In this document: positions 40,032 to 53,900 of the stretch, one piece after another
Position numbering within the stretch: the stretch's first letter is position 1
Layout: the number at the start of each line of letters is the position of its first letter
Assembly (NCBI GenBank): GCA_951406725.2
Contig: OX597815.1
Location: 21,266,001 to 21,330,000, forward strand
Length of the DNA stretch: 64,000 nucleotides
Reading direction: 5' to 3'
Source: Octopus vulgaris
Taxonomy: Eukaryota
Position numbers and translations under genes: made by a program
The notes under the pieces: generated by a model
Databases searched by the model: none
What the model was told of the DNA's origin: nothing
The model's input: the letters and a program-made list of their open reading frames with translations, nothing else

Positions 40032-41809
40032 ATACTTTCGTAAATACATAGATACATGCATACACACACACACATGCACATACACATAAGTAACTTTTAA
40101 GATGCCAAGGGAAAGAGGTGGGCAAGAGGAATACATAGCTTCAAGGAGAGAGGGGGGAAGTTGACAATAATTGGTCATAGGTGGGGGTTTCTTTTTCTGC
40201 TATCCACCACAAAGAAACACTCAAACACACACACACATACATACATGTCTACTATACACCATTTTTTAAACTTGTGATTACCTGTGTGTACGTTTATAAA
40301 TGTGTGTGTGTGTGTGTGTGAAAGAGAGATGTCCTATAACTGTGTCTCTTTGCTTTTTTAAGGTCTTCCCTGTGGCTTTAAAAACTACATCAAATTTTCC
40401 AAATTTGATATATTGAAATAATTCTCCATGTTAAATCCGATTTTGTTATTTATTTGTTGCAGAAAAATGTTACTGAGGTTTAAAGTTTGATCAATTTTAC
40501 GTAATCAGAAAACAAGATTTGGAAGCTGGCATTTTCTGCATGATAGCTGTCTATCACAAAATGAAAGCAAAAGCATTGCAAGGAGGAATTTTTATTAAAC
40601 AAATGAAAGTAAAGCATTATGGCGACCAAAGTTGTAAGAACTTCTGAAGTTTTAATAAGTTTTTAATGAAAAAAGTCATGTGAAACAGTCAAACAGACAT
40701 GTAAATAATTTTAAAAGGAAAAAGGCGCAGGAGTGACTGTGTGGTAAGTAGCTTGTTTACCAACCACATGGTTCCAGGTTCAGTCCCGCTGCGTGGCACC
40801 TTGGGCAAGTGTCTTCTACTATAGTCTCGGGCCGACCAAAACCTTGTGAGTGGATTTGGTAGACGGAAACTGAAAGAAGCCCGTCGTATATATGTATATG
40901 CGTGTGTGTGTTTGTGCGTCTGTGTTTGTCCCCCTAGCTTTGCTCGACAACCAATGCTGGTGTGTTTATGTTCCCATTACTTAGTGGTTCGGCAAAAGAG
41001 ACCGATAGAATAAGTACTGGGCTTACAAAAGAATAAGTCCCGGGGTTGAGTTGCTCGATTAAAGGCGGTGCTCCAGCATGGCTGCAGTCAAATGACTGAA
41101 ACAAGTAAAAGGGTAAAAGAGAGATCCTCAACGAAGTTTTATTTGCAAAATAATTGCACAAATCTGTCCTGAACAAGAAGCCTATCTGTCGGGGAAGGCA
41201 TGGTCTGACAGGGAATAAACAAGAATTTATATGACATTCTATTATAAAAACTATCTGACAATGATGGGCTATTTGGCTAGTATATATATATATATATATA
41301 AGGGCAGCGAGCTGGCGGAATTGTTAGCAAGCCAGGCAAAATGCTTAGCAGTATTTCGTCTGCCATTATGCTCTGAGTTCAAATTCCGCCAAAGTCGACT
41401 TTGTCTTTCATCCTTTCGGAGTCGATTAAATAAGTAAATAAGTACAAGTTACACATATTGGGGTCGATGTAATCAACTTAATCTCTTTGTCTGTCCTTGT
41501 TTGTCCCCTCTGCGCAATAAAGAAATATACATGCACGTGCACATACATATATACACACATATTTATATTCACACAAATATCAATATATATGGTATTTACT
41601 CAGCTATGTTAATAACTGATATTAAAACATTCTTCCATCAGTTTCACCCTCCTATACTGACATAATTTATGTTATTGTAAGCAGACAATTAAACTATTAT
41701 ATACACAGAAGTTTGTTGTTTCTTAATAGTGGCAATTAAGTTAATACTTTCACTTTCAGCAAACCTACATAGGAAACACAAATTATGTGTTTTGTGGGTG
41801 TGCCTGTAT

Positions 41810-41842
<33 letters not shown>

Positions 41843-44800
41843 AGACTTCGATTTGAGTTCTACTGGTAATATGAATCCATGTTATAAAGTTACATAATCA
41901 ACAACTAAACCAGGAACCCAACCAAATTAGCCTGGTGGGGAGAGTAACAAGAACAAAAACAAGATCTATCAATAGGTCAGATGAATCCAACATGGTACCA
42001 ATGACTCTCAAAAGTGGGAAGAATACAGAACTACTTAAAATGGTAAAGATGCTCTAAAATCACCTCAGTTGTGCTGGGCTTTTAGTTCTTGTGAGAATAT
42101 CTATCAAGGAGAAGGATATTCTGATGATTAAACCTGAGGATTATCCAGTTTCTGGCTGTCCTAATTAATGTTGAGTCACTGGGCAAAAAAGCTGTGTTCT
42201 GTTCAAAAAGTAAATCCAGTTCTGTACCTGCTCCACTCACTATAATCAGTTTTATGCACAGAAACTTAGTAGAACCTCAGCCAGTTTACTAGTTAAAAGT
42301 AATCACTGATGTTGAAGTATTACATATGTCTGTACCAATGAAATACCTATTTCTTTACTACCCACAAGGGGTTAAACACAGAGGGGACAAACAAGGACAG
42401 ACATACGGATTAAGTCGATTATATCAACCCCAGTGTGTAACTGGTACTTATTTAATCGACCCCGAAAGGATGAAAGGCAAAGTCAACTTTGTCAGGCAGA
42501 ATTTGTTTCAACAGTTTTTCTTAGTGTGCTACTGAAACTGTACAATTTTTCAAAATGTTTTTTGTACAATAGTTTTTGATTCTTTTATTCTTTTACTTGT
42601 TTTAGTCATATGACTGCAGCCATGCTGGAGCACTGCCTATAGTTGAACTATTCGGCCCCATGACTTATTCTTTGTAAGCCTAGTACTTATTCTATCAGTC
42701 TCTTTTGCCAAACCACTAAATTATGGGGACATAAACACACCAACATCGGTTGTCAAACATATACATACATATATATATACAATGGGCCTCTTTTAGTTTC
42801 CGTCTACCAAATCCACTCATAAGACTTTGGTCAGCCTGAAGCTATAGAAGACACTTGTCCAAGGTGCTACACAGTGGGACTGAGCCAGGAACCATGTGGT
42901 TGGGAAAGCAAGCTTCTTACCACACAACCACACCTGGGAGTGGGTTTGTAACTTTGTTCAGAGGAAGAGGCTGTATCCAGGGCCTCCGCAGGCTTTAACA
43001 CTAAATCTCAAGACTCAATTTAGATTTATGTTTTTATCCTGATGTTCCATGTTTGAATGTACATTACCAGCTGGTTCTATCTGTGCAATATCATATACCA
43101 TATGATCAAACACATATCAAGTTTAATGCACAGTGATCACAAGATATTGACTAAGCTGAAACAATAACAGAAGATACTCCTTAATCAAATAGTAATGCCA
43201 ACATTTGATCCATTCTAAATACCTGGAGTGTAGTGTGTGAGTGTGTGTGCATGCACATGTACATGTGCCTGTTTTTATTGATTTCATTGTTTAATTATCC
43301 GTGTCAGTGGCACATAAAAGGCACCATTCAAGCGTGATCGTTACCAGTGTCGCCTTACTGGCACCTGTACCCGTGGCATGTGTAAAAACATTCGAGTGAG
43401 GTCATTGCCAGTACCGCCTGACGGTGGCACGTAAAAAGCACCCACTACACTTTCGGAGTGGTTGTCGTTAGGAAGGGCATCCAGCTGTAGAAACTTTGCC
43501 AGATCAAGATTGGAGCCTAGTGCAGCCATCTGGTTTGCCAGCCCTCAGTCAAAATCGTCCAACCCATGCTAGCATGGAAAGCAGACGTTAAACGATGATG
43601 ATGATGATGATGAATTAACAAACATTGGTCACTTATGAATCCCTATTGTTATTTTCTCACAACAGATATATCCAGGTTACAGTGTCTCTCTACTTCAAAA
43701 CACAAGACCCATCATAAGTAGTATTAATTGATCTATTGATGATAATTACTTCTGTGGCATAATGAAGCAGAGTAGTTAAAACATTCTTCACATTACTGAA
43801 CCTCACAACTCTTTCCCAAACACATATACATATGTACGCCCACACACTCATACATGCGCATACACACATACATACAGAAATACACACACACACACACCAT
43901 TCCTTTACCTCCCTCCCCACTGCTCTGATATCTCCCTCTCCACCACTCCTATGCCTTTCACACACACCCCTACTTCCTGAGCCATTTCTATCTCTTTCAC
44001 CTTACTCCCACCCTATACAGGTATTTCCCATCATCTACACCTCCACTCTTGTTCATCGTTCACTACATTCGTCTTTATCCCTATTTTTAACCATTTCTTA
44101 CTCTTCCCTCACACTCTTAGAAAACTACCCACCTTCTCCTTCCCACCTCCAATCCACTGTCCATATTCTATCTTATTTCCACTTTCTTGTATCTTGTAGG
44201 TACACTCTGGCACCCCATCACTATGCTATTTATCTCCTTTGCAGTTACTCCCACCCACCTTATATAATGCAGGTTAGTCATGTATATCTTTATAGTGAGG
44301 TACTTGTGCATGTCCTTCTATCATACCTTAGCCTCTTGACACCTGACATAAAACTATTGCCTTTTGTCATATATTCTCACACCTTAGTCAGAGAGATCTT
44401 TTTCATGTCCTGCAAATTACTTGATGAAAAAAAGCACCCAGTACACACTGCAAAATGGTTGAAATTAAGAAGGGCATCCAGCTGTAGAAACCATGTCAAA
44501 GCTGATACTGGAGCTCGATGAAGCCCATTTGCTAGCCAAATCCTGTCAAAATGTTCAACCCATGCCAGAATGGAAAATACATATTAAATGATAGAGCAAC
44601 AAGCTTGCCTCCGTGCCGATGGCACATTAAAAGCACCATTCGAGCATAATCGTTACCTGTGTCGCCTTACTAGCACTTGTGCTAGTGGCACGTGAGAAAA
44701 ACATTCGAGTGAAGTGGACTGGCTCCTGTTCAGGTGGCACATAAAAAGCACCATTTGAGCGTGGCTGGTGCCAGTACCACCTAACTGGCCCTCATGCTGG

Positions 44801-45329
44801 TGGCACGTAAAAGCACCCACTACATTCTCGGAGTGGTTGGCGTTAAGAAGGGCATCCAGCTGTAGAAACTCTGCCAGATCAGATTGGAGTCTGGTGCACC
44901 AGCCCATTCTTTTATATATTTCGGACTACATTGGTCAATGTACCCTTCATTTCCTTAAGATAGTGGAATGTGTTTTGAGGAATTCGGTTGACATTTCTAC
45001 AAGTTGAATGATCACAAAGAGGTTTGGTGCTTGTGTGATATACTATTGTTGTTGTTATTACCATTATCATTATTATTACTGTGCCGGTGGCACGTAAAAA
45101 ACACCAATCCAATTGTGGCCGTCGCCAGCCTTGCCTGGCACCTGTGCCGGTGACATGAAAAAGGCACCCACTACACTCACGGAGTGGTTGGCATTAGGAA
45201 GGGCATCCAGCTGTAGAAACACTGCCAAATCAGACTGGAGCCTAGTGCAGCCTTCTGGCTTCCCAGATCTTGGTCGAACAGTCCAACCCATGCTAGCATG
45301 GAGAACGGACATTAAACGATGATGATGAT

Positions 45330-45960
45330 TGGGCATGGCCAAAGGAAGGTCCATCATTGTGTTCTTTAGAGGAGTAGTGACAGGCAAGAGCAACAATGTT
45401 CTGGAGAAACTGAGGATTGACAAGAATCAACTTGATTGTCTGTTCTGGAGAACTTTCAGGCCAGGGCCCATGGATAACTTCCAGAAATTCCTGGTCTGGC
45501 AGTGCTACCAGGGAGAGGGGTCATTGCCAATTCAAGATAAACTCTATAGGCATGGAAGTATTGTCAGCTGAGCCTGCCCAAGATGTGTGCAAGAGCAGCA
45601 AAACTGTTCTGCACACACTAATCCAGTGTCCAAGTATTGCTGACTTGTGGAGTTATGCCAAACACTTGCTATCATGTGTAGGACAGATCTGGTTATCAAC
45701 TGAGTCCATTGTGAAAATTGTCATGCTCTCTTCTTTGTGCTGGGAAGGGGAGGCAGTATTTATCTGTCTGTTGGCTGTAGCAAAAAAGATTTTATGATGG
45801 GCCAGATCGAAAGGGTTGAAAACAGAACTTTCCTCTTTGGCCTCATCATCTTTTTAAAGTTTCACCTGAAAAGGTAAGTGAGAGTAGGGAGGGAAGCGCT
45901 GCCTTCCAACAAATTTGTTGAAAAGTGGGTGAAAATGAGCCTACTCTGAGTGTGTGCCTG
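45330..45960 (+). mobile_element. L1/Tx1-type LINE 3' remnant
   Basis: WQCYQGE.LPIQDKLYRHG and C..C....TVLHTLIQCP..ADLW zinc-knuckle-like region, frameshifted. Confidence 0.55.
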
Positions 45961-46689
45961 TAGATTGAGAGAAGACAACAGGGAGACGACACTTATCATG
46001 GTGGTCAAAGTGACCGTATTTTTGTAAGGTTTCTATGAATGGCCCTCAGAAGTTGCTCTCTTTTGAAGAATTATTCACTGTTGAAATTTATTGTAACTGT
46101 AGTTCTTTTTACACAATACTTTGTTTTTATACACCCCCAATGCTTTTGTGAACCCTTAGTGGTTAATAAAAGAAACATTATTATTATTAGTAGTAGTGGT
46201 GGTGGTAGCAGTAGTAGTAGATTAAACAGTTACTCTATAATACTTATTGAGAATTTTCCTCTATCTTTTTTTTTAACCTTCTTTTTAACTTGTTGCATCC
46301 AGTTCAACCCTGCAACTTCTTTTGTAGTAAGTCACTGTCTTCCCCACCATACACCCACCTATCAAGCCACCTGCTTCATTGAAATGTCACCTGATGACAT
46401 CTTTATAATGGAACCCTGGTACCCTCTTTAACATTTTCTACATTTTGGCTCACCAGAGAGCACAACCTTGGGGTCCTTGCATCCTCCATACAGATTACAT
46501 GTTCCACCCAATGCATCAGCAATCCCAGTAAGATAAATTCAATACTATTTCTAGGATGAGCACTACCTTGCCTGCCTCCATTCCACCTTGCAGCCAAATA
46601 GTGTTGCATGTCTCAATTCAGGGCCGTCTTCATTTACTGTTACCCTTCTACATGATGACTGCACCTGTAATTGAGTGGTCCAATGCCTC

Positions 46690-47230
46690 AGTCTCCACAT
46701 GTGAGCCACACAAATGTGGTTGTGGAGCAGTAGCAAATGAATTCAGTTTGCATCTATTATGCTGCAGTCTTAGTGCAGACTGATTGCCCCAACATGCCAC
46801 TCTGGCTGACACAACAAGAAACTTGAGCCAGGCCTTGACTGCAGAGACAGTAAGCACCCCTGTGGAATAACTCTCTTCTCATTTGAGGGAAGCAGATCCC
46901 TAGTGTGGGACGTGACATGCAGTGACACATCCTCTGGGTCCAATCTTGCTGTATTGGCTGCAAACCCAGGTGTTGCCACCCATAACGCAGAAGAGAAAAG
47001 AATGAATATAAATATACGGGGCCTGACTGACCAATATCAGTTTGTGTCAGTTGCTATCAAGACATCAGGTGTTCTTGGACCCTGTTCCACCAATTTCCTT
47101 TGCAAAGTAGAGATAATAGCAGTCTGTCAAAGAAACGAACCCCAAAAGGTGAAATGGTGACTGCAGTGAGTGTCACTGGCCATTCTCCATGGCAACACCA
47201 TTGTAGTCATTACTGCAAGGCACGATTGAG
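46690..47230 (+). mobile_element. Remnant of a restriction-like-endonuclease non-LTR retrotransposon (CRE-like)
   Basis: C.CG......H.LCC, WDVTCSDT, FVSVAIKTSGVLGP and VSLAILHGN motifs in decayed frames. Confidence 0.6.
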
Positions 47231-48352
47231 TACACCAATTGTTGTTGTTGTTAAGCAACAAGACGGGTAAGGGTGATTAGGTGATGGTCTAGGGCTTAGG
47301 GGCAGGAGACCCCAGACCTTGAAAAAAAAAAAAACTTTGGTCGACTTGTAGTCGAGGGCTCTTCGTTAACGCCCGACACCACTAGGAGGTGGCCCTCAAA
47401 GTTGCTGGAAATGGAGATCTCCAGGTCCAAATTCTTGAACGGCCACCATTTGTTGTGAAGTGTGTGGTCCATAGTCCCCTCTCATTCCACCTTTCACTTT
47501 TTCCTTTCTTCCTTATCTCTCTGTTTTCTTGTTTCTTTGTGTTTAAATGTTATAATTTAAACTAAAACTAACTTAATTGTTTTATTTCTTTATTAGACAA
47601 AGCAAATTCAACAGAAAAATATTAAGATGATAATTGATACCTTACAATAATGTATTTCTACATAACTAGTAGTTATATTTCAGTAACACGTATACTATTC
47701 CACACGCGTATGTATGTTTATGTGTAACTGGTGGGGTGGCAAAATGGCACGGCAGTATTTATTACGTTCTTTACAATCTGAGTTGAAATCTCGTAGACTT
47801 TGTCTTTTAACCTCCCCCCACAGTACCCCTGGAGTCGTGGAATAAATATCAGTCAAGTATGAGGGTCGATGATAAGTGACTGTACTTCTTCCTTCCCTTT
47901 CCTAACAATCTTATGGCCTAGTACCAATTTTTAAGAAATCAATGTTACAAATATAACACTGAGAAAGGTTACAAATAATTATCCACGTTATTATTCGAGC
48001 AAAGATCAATGTTCTATTTTTATATATATATAAAGTTTACGCTAGAAATTTCGAAAACAAAAATCAATAAACTGATAAGATTTGGTGGAAGAAAAGGAAC
48101 AAGGGAAAAGTGTTTATGTTAAATGAAAGGCGAATCTATAATATAAAGTTATTAGAAAGATTTCTGACGAAAACACACGATCTAGGTATTATAGAGGCAG
48201 TGTGACGTTCATGCCTTTACTCGAAATATCAATATAATCAACATCGAACTGACACGCGGCATGAACTTTGGAAGAATTCAGACAATACAGATAAAACATA
48301 GTATTATAGATAGGGGTCCAGTGAAGAACATGACAAGACCCCATTCATCTCA

Positions 48353-48408
<56 letters not shown>

Positions 48409-48601
48409 ACATACACGCATGCAAAAAAAAAGGATGACACAAATGTGTGAAAAAAATGAAATACAGTCTGATAATAGTCACTTTAAACTGGATGTAATAA
48501 GTGTGGCAATATTAATCATAAATAATAGATGTCCAGAAATAAGAAGAGGCGGGTCTGTTAAGCAAATTAGACCCAGGGACATGATTGGGGTAATTACTCA
48601 C

Positions 48602-48619
48602 CGAACTAGTGGCTGCCAT
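48602..48619 (-). CDS. TVP23: TVP23 exon 1 coding part (MAATSS)
   Basis: Minus strand reads caat ATG GCA GCC ACT AGT TCG|gtgagt: strong start context, consensus donor, phase 0 matching exon 2, in a CpG-richer unique region. Spliced CDS is 669 nt (222 aa). Confidence 0.72.
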
Positions 48620-48746
48620 ATTGTAAACGTAAACAGCGACACACCTTTGTATGGACAGTGTCAACTTCCACTTTGGCAATAGTCAAACGGAGTGATCTCC
48701 CCTTCACAAAGCAGCTGAGCTCTGCTTGTTGAGTTAGTCTGCTAAG
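48620..48746. promoter_or_regulatory. Putative bidirectional promoter/5'UTR region between TVP23 and the Grx-DEP-DUF547 gene
   Basis: 127 bp between divergent ATGs, repeat-free and locally CpG-richer. YY1-like motifs overlap both starts (aatATGGCAGC on minus, aagATGG on plus). Confidence 0.6.
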
Positions 48747-50174
48747 ATGGTGACAGAGCTGAAAGGCCGCATACTTGTATATAGCATCAATGGATGTGTA
48801 CATTGCATTCAAGCCAAACGACTTTTGGAAAAGTTTCAACTACCTCACGTCACCGTCAACGTGGACATTCACACCCAGTGTAAAGACTGGATGCTTGCTA
48901 ATCTTAAAAAGAAAAGTGTCCCGCAGATATTTTTCAACGATGTGCATGTCGGCAACTACAATGACCTGAAAGCGCTTATGTCAGATGATAAACGGCGTGC
49001 AGAACTAACTGAACTTGTCAAAAACAACCCTTTATCAGAAACAGCGCTCGAGATTCCGTGCCCAGAAACTGAATTGGATAATTTTATTACGTGTGAGACG
49101 GATGAATATGTCGATTTGGTGAATGACTTGAAAAAAAGTGGCATAATCGCGTATCGTTGGAGCGGTCTATGTAAGTTTAAAAAGCTGTTTAGTGAGAAAG
49201 AGTTTGTTGACTGGGTAACGAAAACGAAAAATACTGACTATCAGGAAGCTGTGAGATTGTGTAAAGCCTTACTAAGTCATCATTTTTGTCGTGAAGTCTC
49301 CAATGCAGGATGGCTTAACCGTGGCGATACATATTATATGCTACTCGAAGATCTATCCAGCTCGGCATTGAATGCGAAACCCATTTCATTTTGTAAACCA
49401 ACAACTCTAGACAAACTGGGGAAAAGATTACGTTTCCAAATATCTGCTATATATGACTCTTACCTCTCTGCGAACGGCAAAGCTGTCGATTACAAAAGTA
49501 TTGAAGACAGCAACGAATTCAAACAATATGAAAAATTGACTCTTCAACTACAGCGAGTACAGTTCGGATATGAAAGTGACGATCAGAAACTTGCCTTTTT
49601 TATCAACATATACAATGCCTTAGTGATTCACGGGATTATTCGTTTTGGACCCCCAACTAACATTGTGAAACGCTACAATTTCTTCAATAAGACCCGTTAC
49701 ATAATCGGTGGTTATTCATACTCACTTAGGGAAATAGAAAACGGTGTGCTTAGAGCTAATGAAACTGGAATGGGTATGATAACGAAACCTTTCCAAAAGA
49801 CTGATCCTCGCCTTCGGGTAGCTATGCCCGAAGTAAACCCTTACATTCATTTTGCACTTGTGTGCGGAGCTAGCGGCTGTCCTCCTATTTCCATTTACTC
49901 GGCCGAAGAAGTTCATGTTCAACTTCAACAGGCTGCAGATGTGTTTTTAGAAAGTGACGAAAATTTTGTTGTTGATGCTGAAAAGAAACAGGTGAAGTTG
50001 TCTCTGATATTTAAGTGGTACAGGAAAGATTTTAGCAATACCGATAAGGGGTTACTTGAATGGATTTTCAGTGTGTTGAAAAAAGGAGAGAAAAAATCTA
50101 ACTTGAGGAAAATAATTAACGACGGTAAAGTAACTATAGTGTATCTGCCATACAACTGGTCCCTTAATTCATAG
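48747..50174 (+). CDS. Glutaredoxin + DEP + DUF547 domain protein (class IV glutaredoxin-like), single exon
   Basis: 475-aa uninterrupted ORF. Grx fold (YSINGCVHC...SVPQIFFND.HVG), DEP-like segment (FSEKEFVDWV...EAVRLCKALL..HF) and DUF547 motifs (KLAFFINIYNALVIHG; YSLREIENGVLRAN; HFALVCGASGCPP; LSLIFKWYRKDF; YLPYNWSLN). AATAAA at 50244. Confidence 0.92.
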   Translation: MVTELKGRILVYSINGCVHCIQAKRLLEKFQLPHVTVNVDIHTQCKDWMLANLKKKSVPQIFFNDVHVGNYNDLKALMSDDKRRAELTELVKNNPLSETALEIPCPETELDNFITCETDEYVDLVNDLKKSGIIAYRWSGLCKFKKLFSEKEFVDWVTKTKNTDYQEAVRLCKALLSHHFCREVSNAGWLNRGDTYYMLLEDLSSSALNAKPISFCKPTTLDKLGKRLRFQISAIYDSYLSANGKAVDYKSIEDSNEFKQYEKLTLQLQRVQFGYESDDQKLAFFINIYNALVIHGIIRFGPPTNIVKRYNFFNKTRYIIGGYSYSLREIENGVLRANETGMGMITKPFQKTDPRLRVAMPEVNPYIHFALVCGASGCPPISIYSAEEVHVQLQQAADVFLESDENFVVDAEKKQVKLSLIFKWYRKDFSNTDKGLLEWIFSVLKKGEKKSNLRKIINDGKVTIVYLPYNWSLNS

Positions 50175-50496
50175 CCGACACTTCACTGAACACTGGTTTA
50201 CTTTAAGCCTCCCTACATAGAAAAATAATTCTTTTATTGCTTTAATAAATGGGAGTTTTAATGTCATCTGTCTTAAAGAAAAGTTACAACTAACGAAGGA
50301 AAACCACTGGATTACAAATGCTGAGATGTACACTCTTGCCAAAGGATACATAAATTGGATTTTGTGAAAGCTTGCCAGTATATTTAAATCTTAACTATGA
50401 GTCTGTGCAGGGCACGGCTGTTTGTTTAAAAAATGTTTCTTTTCGTTTTTTTTTTTTTTTTACTTTTTTAAAATAACTAATTATACAACCCACTCT

Positions 50497-50901
50497 GGCG
50501 ATCTTTCGTCTCTAGTAGACCTTTCCGTCGATTTCCGTAAAAAAAAATTTTTTTTTTTTTTTACATATGGGCTTGCGGGAACTTTTGAAGTAATATACAT
50601 ACACATACACCGAGTAAAAAATTTCAGTTATCTCTTTCTTTCACACACACTAACAGAAGCACTTCACTTACACAACATACTGTCTGTCTCCCACACCCCA
50701 TCAAACACACACACACACACATGTCCATCAATGCTTCCCCTGGACGGTAACTTCAAAAGAACTTCCTTCGTCATACAATCGCTTTCTCTTAGTCTCTTTC
50801 GCTCTCATTACTTCAAAAGTTCCCGCAAGCCCATATGTAAAAAAAAAAATTTTTTTTTTACGGAAATCGACGGAAAGGTCTACTAGAGACGAAAGATTGC
50901 C
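50497..50901. mobile_element. MITE with ~100-bp TIRs and 8-bp TSD
   Basis: ggcgatctttcgtctctagtagacctttccgtcgatttccgt... is mirrored at the right end; TSD cccactct/cctactct. Confidence 0.88.
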
Positions 50902-53900
50902 CCTACTCTTTTTAAAAATTTAAAACAAATCGTGTTTCAGATGTAATCGGGCATTATTATTCTCTCGTTATTTGGTGGGGAAACTGAATTCCGTTGACAT
51001 TTGTAATATATTTCCTAACGAGAATATAAAAACAGTTTATTACTGCTTGCCCATGATTTTATAGACCGATATTGCTCCCACAGATTAAACTCTATTTTTC
51101 TATCACTGTTCAGGGAACGTTTCCTAACTTCAGATTATTTTTATATTAAATTTCTCTTTTTTAAAAAAAGAACATGTTTTTATTTGTTTATAATTTAATA
51201 AAAAATAATTTTGATATACAACCTTAAATACATATATATTCATAAACTTTATATCCTTAGAAGCTCTAGTACCTATTTCATATATATATATGTATGTATA
51301 TATGTGTGTGTGTACATATCACACACACATATATATACATGTGCCATCCCCCTAAATAGCATGTATATTAAATAGCCACCCTGTTATCTAATAATATCCA
51401 ATGCGAGACAAATTGATAAGATCGGCTGTAATGGAATTATATAATATTGTATGCATTGATTAATATACCCACAAATATACGAGTACCTTTTTTTTACTTA
51501 TGGATTTTCAGATGACTATCTTCAGTAACAACGATTGTTTTATAAACTCTATTTTATTGCGAAATTATCCTTTATTTTCTAAATAAAATAAGCTTTTTGT
51601 ATAAGTCTTTATTATTATTATTATTATTATTATCATTATTATTATTATTGAGTGAGAGAGCAGTGCATGCCATCAAAGTGACACTCGGGTAAAATATACG
51701 AAGCCCAGTATACCCATCATGACTACCCGTCTGATAAGGGTACACGAGGCACATGCATCACAACCATATGTGTGCGACATGATGATCTCATATCAAGATA
51801 AACAGCGCATGACCTTGCAGGTGGGACCCAGTTAGGATTTTCTGCAGGTCGAGTAGCCCATCCCGCTCAAATGGGTCCCTGAATAAGGGTTGTTTAAGGA
51901 TGTTGAGCGAAACACCCATGTTTCCAGAGGTGAATTATCCAAACCCCAAAGAATCCCTCTCAGCACTTGACTATGATACTCCCCCACAACTTCTGCTCAT
52001 GATCAGCGATGCATATATCGTCAGCCACTAAGGGACATGCTCAACTGGTTAAAGTCAAACAACTGACAAGCAAATCTGTGGTACTGAGCAGAATATTTGC
52101 TGTAGCCCACTTTTTATACCAAGACAAAACAATGTACATGATAACACTTCCAATCAGTTAAGATGAGAAGCCATCCTATGTTTATAATTGGGTTTGATAA
52201 ATTAAGTACTGGTGAAACACTGGGGTCGATGTAATCAACTAGCCCTCTCCCCCAAAATTTCAGACCTTGTGCCTTTAGTAGAAAGGATTATTATTATCAT
52301 CATTTAAGGTAGTGAGCTGGCAGAATCGTTAGCACACTGGAAAATATGCCTAGCAGCATTTCATCCATTTTTATGATCTGAGTTCAAATACCACCGGGGT
52401 CAACTTTACCTTTTATCCTTTCAGGGTCGATAAAATAAGTACTGGTTGAACAGTGGATTGATGTAATCGACTTATCCCCACTCCCAAATTTCAGGCCTTA
52501 TGGCTATAGTAGAAAAAATTATTTTTAATGTAGCCAGCTAGCAGAATTGTTAACATGCCAGGCAAAATGCTTAGCAGCATTTTGTTTGATTTTACAAGGT
52601 TAACTTTGTCTTTCATCCTTTTGGGGTCAATAAGCATTGGGATTGATATAATCAACTAGCCCTCTCCTCCAACCTTACTGACCTTGTGCCAAAATTTGAA
52701 TCCTTTATTATTAATGTGGTGAGCTGGCAGAGTTGTTAGCATAACAGACGAAATACTTAGCAGCATTTTGCCCGTCTTTACATTCTGGATTCAAATTCTG
52801 CAGAGGTTGACTTTGCCTTTCATCCTTGAAATAATATACCTATTTCTTTACTACCCACAAGGGGCTAAACACAGAGAGGACAAAGAAGGTCAGATAAACG
52901 GATTAAGTCGATTATATCGACCCCAATGCATAACTGGTACTTAATTTATCAACCCCGAAAGGATGAAAGGCAAAGTCGACCTCGGCGGAATTTGAACTCA
53001 GAACGTAACGGCAGACGAAAGTCGGCTACGCATTTCGCCCGGCGTGCTAACGTTTCTGCCAGCTCGCTGCCTTTGAAATAATATACCATTATGAAACAAA
53101 TACCCACTGAGTACTGAGATTGCTGAATCAACTAGCTCTCCTTCTTAAAATTTCCTTGTGCCTATTAGTACAAAATATATATGGTGTAATAAGGGCCAAT
53201 TGAGCACTGGATTTGATGCATTCGTTTAACCCTTCCCCACGAAATTGCTGGCCATGCCCCAAAATTTAAATCCATCATCATCATCGAAGCAGCAAGTGGG
53301 CAGAAGCATTAACATAATGGACAAAATGCTTAGCAGCATTTCATCCATCTTTACATTCTGAGTTGAAATTCTGCCATGGGGCCAACCTTTCCTTTCATCC
53401 TCTCGGGGGGAATGGGTCAGTAAAATAAGTATCAGTGGAGTACTGGAGTCAATGTAATCCACTTACGTCCACACCCAAACATGCTGGCCTTGTGCCAAAA
53501 TTTGAAACCATTATTATTATTATTATTATTATTAAAGCAGCAATTTGGGAGAATTATTAGCAACATCAGTATCATCATCGTTTAACGTCCGTTTTCCATG
53601 CTAGCATGGGTTGGACGGTTCGACCGGGGTCTGGAAAGCCAGGCGGCTGCACCAGGCTCCAGTAGACAAAATACTTAGTGTCATTTTCTCCGTCTGTACT
53701 GCCTGAGTTCAAATTCCACCAAGGTTGACTTTGCCTTTCATTCTTTTGGGATCAATAAAGTAAGTAGCCCTTGAACACTGGAGTCAAGGAATTGACTAGC
53801 TACGTCCCTTAAAATTTCCCTATGCTTATAATTAGAAAAATTATTATTAGTACATGACCCATTGTAATAGTCTGTTTCATGCATGTAAGAATTAACAATA

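Noticed and set aside
43832-44521. 229-aa ORF (and the 179-aa ORF at 33800-34339)
   Set aside because: Pyrimidine-rich, low-complexity decayed repeat that runs into the family-3 tail; no domain or splice support.
48747-50174. Bacterial origin or contamination of the intronless DUF547 gene, or an operon-like link with TVP23
   Set aside because: The DEP domain and Grx-DEP-DUF547 fusion are eukaryotic and the flanks carry host repeats. As I recall, the bacterial DUF547 neighbour is the TVP38/DedA family, which is unrelated to TVP23.
51610-52170. ~550-bp CpG-containing segment next to an (ATT)n tract
   Set aside because: Probably a minus-strand retroelement tail, but it is single-copy here with no diagnostic motif, so left unclassified.
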